13,126 nt of DNA from Candidatus Methylomirabilota bacterium. Lineage in GTDB: Bacteria; Methylomirabilota; Methylomirabilia; Rokubacteriales; CSP1-6. The DNA lies in contig JBKPAK010000011.1 in assembly GCA_046726415.1 (NCBI GenBank), positions 1 to 13,126 on the forward strand. The letters are read 5' to 3'. The notes under the pieces are model-generated. The model was not told the origin of the DNA. It did no database searches and saw only the letters and a list, made by a program, of their open reading frames with translations. This document shows, piece after piece, positions 1 through 8,500 of this stretch (its first letter is position 1; each line of letters opens with the position of its first letter). The position numbers were made by a program, and so were the translations under genes.

Positions 1-11
1 GAGGCTCCGGC

Positions 12-1802
12 ATGACGTGTCCCCGGTGCCAAGCGGAGAATCCCGCTGGCATGAGGTTCTGCGGCCAGTGCGCTGCGTCGCTTGCCTGTGTCTGCCCGTC
101 GTGCGGGGCAGCCAATCCTCCCGAGAACAAGTTCTGCGGCCAATGCGCAGCACCGCTCGACAAGCCGGCTCAGCCGCGCTTCGCCGCGCCCGAGTCCTAC
201 ACCCCCAAGCACCTGGCCGAGAAGATCCTCACCTCTAAGGCCGCCCTGGAGGGCGAGCGGAAGCAGGTGACGGTGCTCTTCGCCGACCTGAAGGGCTCCA
301 TGGAGCTGCTCGCTGACCGAGACCCCGAAGAGGCGCGCAAGATCCTCGACCCGGTGCTCGAGCGGACGATGGAAGCGGTCCACCGCTTCGAGGGCACGGT
401 CAACCAAGTGATGGGCGATGGCATCATGGCCCTCTTTGGGGCGCCGCTGGCTCACGAGGACCACGCCGTGCGGGCCTGTTATGCGGCGCTCCGGATGCAG
501 GAGAGCGTGAAGACATACGCGGACGAGGTGCGACGCTCTCACGCCGCCGTGGTCAAGATTCGCGTCGGGCTGAACTCGGGAGAGGTCGTCGTCCGTGCCA
601 TCGGCTCGGACCTCCGTATGGACTACACCGCCGTCGGCCAGACGACGCACCTGGCCGCCCGCATGGAGCAGCTCGCCGATCCCGGTGCGATCGTGATCAC
701 GCCCGAGACGCTAGCCCTGGCGGAGGGCTATGTCGCGGTGAAGTCGCTGGGCCCCGTGTCGGTCAAGGGGCTCGCCGAGCCCGTAGAGGTCTATGAGGTG
801 ACGGGCCCCGGCACGGCGCGCACCCGCCTGCAGGCCGGCGCCCCTCGGGGGCTGACGCGGTTCGTCGGACGTGACACCGAGCTAGAGCAGCTCCGCCGCG
901 CCCAACAGCTCGCCAGTGATGGTCGCGGTCAGGTGGCGACGGTCGTTGGAGAGGCCGGGGTCGGCAAGTCGCGCCTCCTTCACGAGCTCTCCTCCTCGCA
1001 CCGCCTGCAGGGCTGGCTCGTGCTCGAAAGCGCTGCGGTCTCGTATGGCACGGCGACGAGTTACCTGCCGGTGATCGATCTCCTCAAGAGCTACTTCAAG
1101 ATCCAGGACCGGGATGACCTTCGCCAGGTCCGCGAGAAGGTCACGGGCAAGCTGCTCATCCTGGACGAAGCCCTGAAGGCGACGCTGCCGGCATTGCTGG
1201 CTCTGCTCGACGTGCCCGTGGACGATGCTGGGTGGCAGAGGCTCGACCCGGCCCAGCGTCGCCAGCAGACGCTCGACGCCGTGCGGCGGTTGCTGCTGCG
1301 GGAAGCGCGCGAGCAACCCCTTCTCCTTATCTTCGAAGATCTGCACTGGATCGACGGCGAGACTCAGTCGCTGCTCGACGGCCTGGTCGACAGCCTGGGC
1401 TCGGCGCGCCTGCTGCTGCTCATGAACTACCGTCCCGTGTACCAGCACCCCTGGGGCAGTAAGACGGCCTACAGTCAGATGCGGCTGGACGCGCTCCCAG
1501 CCGAGAGCGCCGCGGAGCTACTGGAGGCGCTGCTGGGCGACGATCCCGGGCTGGCGCCGCTCAAGCAGCTGCTCGTCAAGCGCTGGAACCCGTTCTTCCT
1601 GGAGGAGACCGTCCGGACGCTGGTGGAGACCAAGGCGCTGGCTGGGGAGCGCGGCCGATATCGGCTTACCCAACCGGTGCAGGCGATCCAGGTCCCGCCC
1701 ACGGTCGAGGTGATGCTGGCGGCGCGCATCGACCGGCTCGCTTCGGAGGACAAGCGCCTCCTCCAGGTGCCTCCGTCGTCGGCAAGGACGTGCCTCAAAT
1801 GA
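12..1802 (+). pseudogene. Double zinc ribbon + class III adenylate/guanylate cyclase + STAND/AAA ATPase protein, C-terminally truncated
   Basis: Four CxxC pairs at the N-terminus; cyclase motifs VLFADLKGS, MGDGIMALFG, VRVGLNSGEV-like KIRVGLNSGEV and GQTTHLAARME; Walker A GEAGVGKS; Walker B LLLIFEDLHW. At about 1770 a missing G (gtg-cc-tcc instead of gtg-gcc-tcc) shifts the family motif LQVASVVGKDVP out of frame, and homology stops at about 1795. The usual winged-helix/TPR half is absent. Confidence 0.9.
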
Positions 1803-1814
1803 AAAGGAGTGAAC

Positions 1815-2738
1815 ATGGCACCCGAACTGGTAGGTACAAGTGGGGATGGCATTGCAGTGTCTGGCGAAAGCCAGAGAGGTGAAGGTGTGCGTGGCGTAAG
1901 CCTTGAGGCCGCCGGCGTCGTGGGTAAGGGGAGCCCGGCAGGGCAATTCGACGGTAACGTGGATGTGGATGGCACCGTGAATACCACCCATCTGAGCGCA
2001 CAGGGCAACATTAGTGCTCTCGGCAATGTGAACGCCGGGGATACCGTCAGTACCACGCGTGTGGAGCTCTCGGGAACGAGACATATATCGGAGCCGGGCG
2101 GCGGCACCGGTGCGCAGTTGGTCCGGGCAGTGCTCAAGTGCCAAGCCGACGCCACCGTCAATGTTACGCATCTGAGAGCAGAAGGGAACGTTAGTGCTCT
2201 CGGCAATGTGAACGCCGGGGACACCGTGAATACCACCCATGTGAGCGCACAGGGCAACGTTAGCGCTCTCGGGAATGTGAACGCGTTCAACATGAACGTC
2301 ACTGGGGACATCAGACTAGAGAATTCGGACTGCGCTGAGGAGTTCGATGTGGATACGATCTGCGCTCAGGACGTTGCCCCTGGAACGGTCGTGGTCTTCG
2401 GCGACGAAGGTTGTCTCCGCCACAGCAGGTCCGCCTATGACAAGCGCGTTGCCGGTGTCGTGTCCGGTGGCGGGAACTACAAGCCTGGCATTATTCTTGA
2501 TCAGAGAATCTCCAAATCGGCTCGAATGCCTGTCGCCTTGCTAGGCAAGGTGTTTTGTAATGTGGACGCCACTTATGGGTCAGTTGAGGTTGGGGATCTA
2601 CTCACAACGTCCGACACCCCGGGCCACGCGATGAAGGCGAGCGATTCCACACGAGCGTTCGGTGCGGTCATCGGCAAAGCATTGCGACCGCTTCGTGATG
2701 GAAAAGCTCTGATTCCGATTCTGGTCGCACTGCAATGA
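1815..2738 (+). CDS. Fibre/beta-helix-like repeat protein with C-terminal intramolecular chaperone (peptidase G2-like) domain
   Basis: RBS AGGAG at 1805-1809 before ATG 1815. GVxGxS-type N-terminal repeats and GNVSALGNVNA repeats, then S-DCAEEF followed by PGTVVV, VAGVVS, PVALLGKV, GDLLTTS, PGHAMKA and IGKAL motifs typical of tail-appendage autochaperone C-termini. No signal peptide apparent. Confidence 0.72.
   Translation: MAPELVGTSGDGIAVSGESQRGEGVRGVSLEAAGVVGKGSPAGQFDGNVDVDGTVNTTHLSAQGNISALGNVNAGDTVSTTRVELSGTRHISEPGGGTGAQLVRAVLKCQADATVNVTHLRAEGNVSALGNVNAGDTVNTTHVSAQGNVSALGNVNAFNMNVTGDIRLENSDCAEEFDVDTICAQDVAPGTVVVFGDEGCLRHSRSAYDKRVAGVVSGGGNYKPGIILDQRISKSARMPVALLGKVFCNVDATYGSVEVGDLLTTSDTPGHAMKASDSTRAFGAVIGKALRPLRDGKALIPILVALQ
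1973..2284 (+). repeat. Three near-identical 69-nt (23-aa) intragenic repeats
   Basis: Units start at 1973, 2153 and 2222 (caccgt.aat...ac.cat.tgag.gca.a.gg.aac.ttag.gctctcgg.aatgtgaacgc), encoding TVNxTHxxAxGNxSALGNVNA. Confidence 0.9.
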
Positions 2739-2750
2739 CGAAAGAACCGC

Positions 2751-2861
2751 CTTCTTGTGCACGTCGATGCCAACATAGTCCATGGCAGGCCCCTCCTCGT
2801 GCGCCCGTGAGCATGTGGTCTCAGTTCGCAGTATGCCACCAAGTCGAGGTGAGGCAGCCGA
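2751..2861 (-). mobile_element. IS110-family remnant: non-coding end plus first 11 codons of the recombinase
   Basis: Minus-strand RBS GAGGAGG (2792-2798) and ATG at 2783 encoding MDYVGIDVHKK, the typical DEDD/RuvC-like N-terminus of IS110 recombinases. Similarity ends at about 2751. Left boundary inferred from where paralogue homology resumes (2862). Confidence 0.65.
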
Positions 2862-2944
2862 CTGAGAGCCTTCGGGACCTTGATCGGGAAGGTTCAGTGA
2901 CCGCTGGCCAGAGCGTGCTTCCCGTCCTGGTTGCGCTCCAACGA
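2862..2944 (+). pseudogene. 3' remnant of a second fibre/autochaperone paralogue
   Basis: Reads LRAFGTLIGK (from 2862) then, in another frame, VTAGQSVLPVLVALQ followed by CGA where the paralogue has TGA. Compare the end of 1815-2738: TRAFGAVIGKALRPLRDGKALIPILVALQ*. Confidence 0.75.
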
Positions 2945-2984
2945 ACGGCTTCAGACTCATGAAGAGAGGAAGGAGGCAGTCACC

Positions 2985-4076
2985 GTGGCGCTCGGAGACG
3001 GAATCCGCCGCAACATCGCTCACGTCAGCCCGGAAGAGCGCGCGATGCTTCGCGACGCGTTCACAGGACTGACTCAACACACCTTTGGCGGCAACCGCGA
3101 GGACAACCCTCCAGGCGGGGTGAACTGGTGGTTCAAACAGGATGAGATCCACAAAGTCACGCACGTCCACCACGGACCGGAGTTCCTCCCCTGGCATCGC
3201 GAGATCGTGAACCGGCTGGAGGAGATGCTTCGCACCATCCAACCGTTGGTCTCCCTCCACTACTGGAACTGGACGCAGGATCCGCGCGCGATCCCCAATG
3301 CGAACTTAGGCGGAGGGTGGACCGGGACGCTGAACCTCTTCAAATCCGACTTCATGGGCTATGGCGGAAAGGATCCCGACTAGATCGGCGAGCCGTGGAA
3401 GGGCGCCGGCTACTACAAGCCGGACGCCCCACACGGCGGCCGCGAGTCGACCGGCAATCCCGCCGACCCACCACTTACGGTGACCCGCTTCATCAACGAT
3501 CTGATTGGTCCGGCCTCCGCGAGAGACGATGCGAACATCGTCGGCGCTGCTGACTACGCGACGATGAGGAGGCTGATGGAAGGCATCCACGACAGGATGC
3601 ACGGCTTCGTGGTCATGGGCGGCACTCACATCTCTTTCCGCGATCCGTTCGTGTTCCTTCTGCATTCCAACGTCGACCGCCTCTTCGCGCTCTGGCAGAC
3701 CGATCCCGAGCATCCGGAACGGCTCGAGCCTGCTACCGTTTACGGCACCGAGGGAAGCAACGCGGCGCTCAACAGCAATGTCGAGCCGTGGTCGACCGGG
3801 CACTCGATCGACACGTTCGGCGAGGAGCACTTCATCAGACCATGGTACGCGCCGGAGAAGGAAGGCGTCCCGCATAAGTATAAGGACCCGTCGATCGCCC
3901 TCCCACCAAGATACGACACGTCGCCGGGACTGCCGTTGAGTGTACGGATAATAGCCGAGCAGTGTGGGATATCCCTGCCTCTGTCGCTGCGACAACACTT
4001 CTTTGGGTTCGCCGACAATCAGACGAACTCGTTGAGGATACAATTGTTGTGGATGCAACAACACTGTGGGCCGTGA
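2985..4076 (+). pseudogene. Tyrosinase-family (type-3 di-copper) protein with one in-frame TAG at 3381-3383
   Basis: RBS AGGAGG at 2971-2976 and GTG at 2985. CuA motif IHKVTHVHHGPEFLPWHRE and CuB motif HDRMHGFV...RDPFVFLLHSNVDRLFALWQ. ORFs 2931-3383 and 3480-4076 are in the same frame and the intervening codons are open (IGEPWKGAGYYKPD...). Confidence 0.88.
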
Positions 4077-4404
4077 AGTTCGTCGCCGCCACGGCGACCC
4101 TTGTCCGACCGGAAGATCACCGCCAACGTGAAGGGCCAGAGTGACGGGCTCCGGGACGCCTATGGTCGGGCCGCCGCTCTTCCTGTTCGACTCGCGAACC
4201 GTGGTGGAGCGTGCCCATGCGGAGTGGTTTCACGGACAGCAGCGCGTGCTGGTCGAGGTGCGCGCTGTCGTGGGAACGATGCCTCCTGTCCAGCCGAACC
4301 GTCACCATCGGGCTCATGGACCTAAGTTAGTCTTTCTTTGCCCCCTCGTTAGACTCCCTGAAGTACCTGTCTCACTCACTGGCGGAGATGGCGCCCGCGC
4401 AGGC

Positions 4405-4612
4405 CCGCGGATCGAACCGATAAGCCACTCGGCAGAAGGATTCTGCCAGGGGCTGTGCGGCGCCGTTAGGATTTCGTCGATCCACATGCCCTTCACTCGG
4501 TGCCCGAAATTGCTGGCCGTAGACACGATCACGGTCGCGCACGAGATAGGACGGCGCGGAGTCGTCCGGGAAGGTATCCACGATCTGCTGAGCAGTCCAG
4601 TCGGCGGCCGGC
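4405..4612 (-). mobile_element. Integrase-core (rve) transposase internal fragment, frameshifted
   Basis: PAADWTAQQIVDTFPDDSAPSYLVRDRDRVYGQQF then, after a frameshift near 4505, HRVKGMWIDEILTAPHSPWQNPSAEWLIGSIR, matching the DRD...PxSPWQNxxAER core of rve DDE transposases. Confidence 0.85.
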
Positions 4613-4810
4613 TCGGGCACGACGGGACTCGTCATGCCTTCAAGCTGTTCCAAGTCGCGGAAGGCCACTGGCGGTCTCTCGACGCCGCCGAGCTCGTTCC
4701 GCTCGTCCGCGCCGGCGTGGGTTTCGAGGATGGAGTGCAGCGAGCCGCAGAAGAAGCGGAAGAAGACTGTGGCTTGATCTCACTCAATCCACAACTCTCG
4801 ACAAGACCTC
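4610..4810 (+). mobile_element. IS256-family transposase C-terminal fragment with probable right terminal repeat
   Basis: GSGTTGLVM(A)FKLFQVAEGHWRSLDAAELVPLVRAGVGFEDG (one G missing near 4637) resembles IS256 C-termini. It is followed by atccacaactctcgacaagacctc (to 4810), which resembles IS256-type ends. Confidence 0.7.
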
Positions 4811-4937
4811 TCAGCGACTTGGCGCCTGGCAGTGCAACGCTGGGCGGCGCTGACGGCGAGAGCGTGAGCGTCCAGCTGTCCCCAGACTCGCTGGCTTGCC
4901 CATCGAAAGAGGAATCGTGGAAGAGTCCTCGCCAACA

Positions 4938-7217
4938 ATGACACCTAGCACGACGACACCAGCGGCTGATCCCAAAGCGCTACTCGTGGCGGCCAACACC
5001 GCCTCGGAGAAGGTCGCCGCCCTGCATATCGTGTTTCTCGCGATCTGCGCTTATGTCCTGGTCATCGTTTTCGGCACCACCGACGTGGATCTTCTGATCG
5101 GCAAGGGCGTTAAGCTGCCGGTCGTGGATGTGGAAGTTCCCATCGTCGGCTTTTACGCGATGGCGCCGTATCTCCTGGTGCTCGTCCATTTCAATCTGCT
5201 CCTGTCGCTGCAGCTGCTCTCACGCAAGCTCTATGCGTTCGATGACGCCGCCCAGAGAAACGAGGGTAGCGGCGGATTGCACCACCAACTCGCCATTTTC
5301 CCCTACAACCAATATCTGATCGGCCAGCCAAGCCGGCTGGTCCGCCGTTTCCTCGCACTCGTCGTAACCATCACCATGCTGTTATTGCCGCTGGCTGCCC
5401 TGCTTATGTTGCAAGCTCGGTTCCTCGCTTACCAAAGTGAAGCCGTCACCTGGGCGCAACGGCTGGCCGTATGGCTCGATGTCGGTCTGGTTGCCATCTT
5501 GTGGCCGGTGATTATGGACCGACGCGATAGCTGGAGCGCGTATATGGGAGCCGGCTGGCGACACGCGCGGCTTCACTGGTTACGCTGGCTGTGGGGATCT
5601 GCAGGGTTGCTGATCGCGGTGTTCTTGCTTGAGAGGGAGGTCAGCCAGCCCGGGTCTTCATCGCATCCACCGCTCGTGCCCGAGACCCAGGCCTATCTGA
5701 CGTGGTTGACCGAGCCGTGGTCGTTCAAGCTGCTCATTGCCTGGTTGCTGTTGATTCTCTTCGCCCGCCCGTCCCGGCGTTGTGCGCGCTGGTTGAGCCG
5801 ACGGCGTTATTTTTCATCACCGGGAGGCGGAGCCCCCTTTATTTTGGGCGCACCCGGACTGCTAGCGATTCTTCTATTGGGTTTGCCGCTGCCCCTGATG
5901 CTTGTTACCGACGGCGAGAAGCTCGACCGGCCGGCCGGCGGCGCTTAGCACACGAATCTTGGCTTCACTGCGTCACCTGAACCTCCGTGAACGAGTGTTA
6001 CATGGCCAGGGCTCCCCAACCCGAGACCCTCGCCGACCTGCGCGGCAGCGATCCGGCCAGGATGGAAGCCGCGCTCCGATCGGTCCAGCGCGTCGAATTG
6101 CGGAACCGCAGCCTTCGCCGAGCGGATCTTTCGAACGCACTGTTGCCCAAAGCAGACTTGCGTGGCGCGCAGTTGCAGGATGCATATGTCATAGACGCGC
6201 AGTTGCACGGCGTGGATCTGAAAGGTGCGCAGTTACAGGGCACGGTTTTTGCCGGAACAACGTTGCACGGGGCAAACCTGTCGGAATTGCAACTGCAGCG
6301 CACGGTATTCGGGGAAGTCTCGTTGGAGAGGGCAAATCTAGAACGCGCGCAGATGCAGGGCACGGTTTTGAATGAAGTGCGGTTGCAGGGCGCGAACTTG
6401 TCAGGAGCGCACTTGCAGGGCACGGATCTGTCCGCGTCAGATTTGCGGGGAGCGGATTTGACAGAGGCACAGTTGCAGGGCGCGACTTTCTCACCGTGGT
6501 TGGACGGCGCGAATTTGTCGGGAGCTCAGTTGCAGGCGGCGGATCTATCACGGGCGCGGCTGCAGGGAGCGAATTTGAGCGCTGCGCGGCTGCAGGGCGC
6601 GGATCTGTCAGGGGCGCACTTGCAGGGCACGGAATTGTCGACGACAAATGTGCGAGGCGCAAACCTGCGGGGCGCGGTGCTCTACACGGATGCGGTGTTT
6701 CATGAACCGTTTGATGCGCGCGGCTTGAAATGGCGACCGCTCAGCGTAGAGGAAATCCAGTCGCTGCGCGAGAGTCAGGCGCGACTGACGTGGTCACGCA
6801 AAGAAGATCAGATTCGGTACGACGCGGCACTTGAAAAAAGCGGCTGCGCCTGGCGTGAAGCTGCCGCAAATTCAGTCGTGCCTGCAGGATAGCGAAACGC
6901 AGGTGACGTGCTATAACCAGCTGCCGCTCGAGCAATTCCGAGCATTGCTGCTGCAGGAACTGGAAAGACTGGCATGTGACTCACCCGACACCGCACGCGG
7001 GTTTGTCAAACGCCTCAAACGCCTCAAACCGATGGAAGGACTTGCGTTACGTTTGCAGAACAGGGTCAAAACGGCTGACGACAATTCGTGCCGGGGTCTG
7101 GCCAAGCTGTCTGCGGAAGACAAAGCAGATCTATCGGCATCCGCATCGAAAGACGTAGCACCGCCCGACGGACCTGCGAAGGGGAGTCCCCCAACCGCCG
7201 ATGCTCCAGGGCGCTAA
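4938..7217 (+). pseudogene. Multi-pass membrane protein with pentapeptide-repeat domain, split by three frameshifts
   Basis: Hydrophobic N-terminal region (GTTDVDLL...KLPVVDVEVPIVGFYAMAP...HFNLLL) continues through ALSTRILASLRHLNLRERVL (frame of ORF 5902), MARAPQPE and A(D/N)LxGAxLQG repeats (ORF 5987), then AAAPGVKLP...GR* (ORF 6831). Shifts at about 5935-5945, 6001 and 6834-6839 (A6 run). Start chosen at ATG 4938. Confidence 0.8.
6120..6680 (+). repeat. Pentapeptide repeat array (30-nt decapeptide period)
   Basis: Recurrent gcgcagttgcaggg / gcggatctg units encoding ADLRGAQLQ, ANLSGAHLQG, ADLSRARLQG etc. Confidence 0.9.
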
Positions 7218-7394
7218 CGTAGCGTAACTTGTGACCGACGCAGTGGCCCGCCACATCCATAAGGGCTATAACAATGCGGCGGAAGCAATTTAGCGAATTG
7301 AGGCACTTTGCCGCGCGGAGCCGCGGCAGAGAGCGTGTTGAACTCGATCCGTCTTCGGCGTGGAGTGCTGCCCGTTTCGACTGCTCACTGTGGG

Positions 7395-7918
7395 CCTCGG
7401 TGGACACCCAAAACCGGCCATAGATGGACACCTGAAAACCGGCCATAGGGAGTAGGCGCTCGAGACGTTGACGCGGCGACAGGGATCGTGATCCCTGCGC
7501 CAGCATGGCCAACATCTTGAGCGACGCAAAGAAACATCAGGTCATAGCGCTGGACGCTGCGCCGCATTGAAGCAGCGACGGGCGTGCGGCGTGAGACGGC
7601 CGGAGCGTACCTGAAAGCCGCGGGGCTGGTGGTGCGCTCGCCCGGACGCTGGGGCCACCCGCTGGCAAAACCGGCCGGGGCGGTGTCCACCGACCTCGGC
7701 GCGCCGCCGTCGGGCTTGGCTGACCTCCCCGGTCCGCCGCCAGGCAGTCGGGCGCCGACCGCCAGCGCCTGCGAGCCGTACCGGGAGCTGATTGAGCTGG
7801 CCCTCGGCCGCGGCCGCAACGCCATGGCCATCTGGCAGGACCTGATCGATCAGCACCACTTCCCGGGCCGCTACGCCAGCGTGCGGCGCTTTGTGGCCAA
7901 GCTCCGCGGCCAGCGCGT
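7395..7918 (+). mobile_element. istA: IS21-family left end and 5' fragment of istA transposase
   Basis: Tandem transposase-binding repeats tggacacccaaaaccggccatag (7401-7423) and tggacacctgaaaaccggccatag (7425-7448). ATG 7505 gives MANILSDAKKHQVIAL, then after a frameshift TLRRIEAATGVRRETAGAYLKAAG...SACEPYRELIELALGRGRNAMAIWQDL...YASVRRFVAKLRG. No DDE core, istB or right end. Exact terminal base uncertain. Confidence 0.85.
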
Positions 7919-7999
7919 CATACTGCCGGCGGTCGCCGGGCCTCACCAGTCCGGGCGCATCACGGAGCCACGCCGGCACCGGGCGCGTGCGCGGAGTCT

Positions 8000-8500
8000 T
8001 CACCCCGCACACCCATCAGTTCGCCGTTTCGCGTATCGGAGTCGGAAAGCCTCCACTGGGTCTATCGAGGGCGCCGGATCGGGGACCACCTCGACCTTGC
8101 CGCGCGAACTTGGCGTTAGTCCGAACTCGCGCAGCATGCTCGCGGCCCGGCGCCAGGCATCCGCCAGGAGCACGACCTCCGGCCGCTGCCTGACCAGCGT
8201 CGAGCCTTGCGGCGTCGTCGTCTCGTACGTCGCGCCCTGCCCCCGTAGCACGCCGTCGAGCCGCCAGCATTCGGCCAGCGCGAGCGCACCCAGCTCGAGG
8301 GCGAGTCCGTCGGCGGCCGAGAGAACACGCATCGGCGCGAGGCGCCGAGCAAGACGGTCGTACTCCCGGCGAACGTCGGGCGGCAACGTACGGGACGGCC
8401 GCGGCGTCCCTGCCTTCGGCTGAGGTTCACGGAGATTGAGGCGATCAGCGCGAAGCGTCCCGCGAAGGGCCTTAACGTGTGACGGGACCCTAGCCGGCAT
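8000..8500 (-). CDS. terS: Phage terminase small subunit, P27 family
   Basis: N-terminal KALRGTLRADR, central VLSAADGLAL, RQRPEV and hallmark REFGLTPSSRGKV; RBS GGAGG about 9 nt upstream of the ATG. Confidence 0.88.
   Translation of the reverse strand: MPARVPSHVKALRGTLRADRLNLREPQPKAGTPRPSRTLPPDVRREYDRLARRLAPMRVLSAADGLALELGALALAECWRLDGVLRGQGATYETTTPQGSTLVRQRPEVVLLADAWRRAASMLREFGLTPSSRGKVEVVPDPAPSIDPVEAFRLRYAKRRTDGCAG

Noticed and set aside
1475-2311. 278-aa and 240-aa minus-strand ORFs with internal repeats
   Set aside because: Antisense shadows of the cyclase and the fibre repeats; no independent motifs.
4077-4400. Possible small gene (MSPMVTVRLD..., RHH-like start) or integron core sites (GTTAGAC near 4350)
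   Set aside because: Similarity is limited to a few residues, and no complementary RYYYAAC or attC stem was found.
4141-4941. 266-aa plus-strand ORF
   Set aside because: Chimera of antisense rve sequence and an IS256 fragment, not a coherent gene.
7006-7029. 9-bp tandem repeat TCAAACGCC
   Set aside because: Small in-frame duplication (KRLKRLK) with no evident separate function.
7308-7333. GC hairpin ctttgccgcg...cgcggcagag downstream of the pentapeptide gene
   Set aside because: No U-tract on the plus strand and about 90 nt from the stop; insufficient for a terminator or ncRNA call.
7401-7448. Two 23-24 bp direct repeats as a possible CRISPR array
   Set aside because: Only two adjacent copies without a spacer; explained as IS21 end repeats.
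7584-8423. 279-aa ORF as a full transposase
   Set aside because: Only the first ~110 aa are IstA-like; the rest is antisense to terS.
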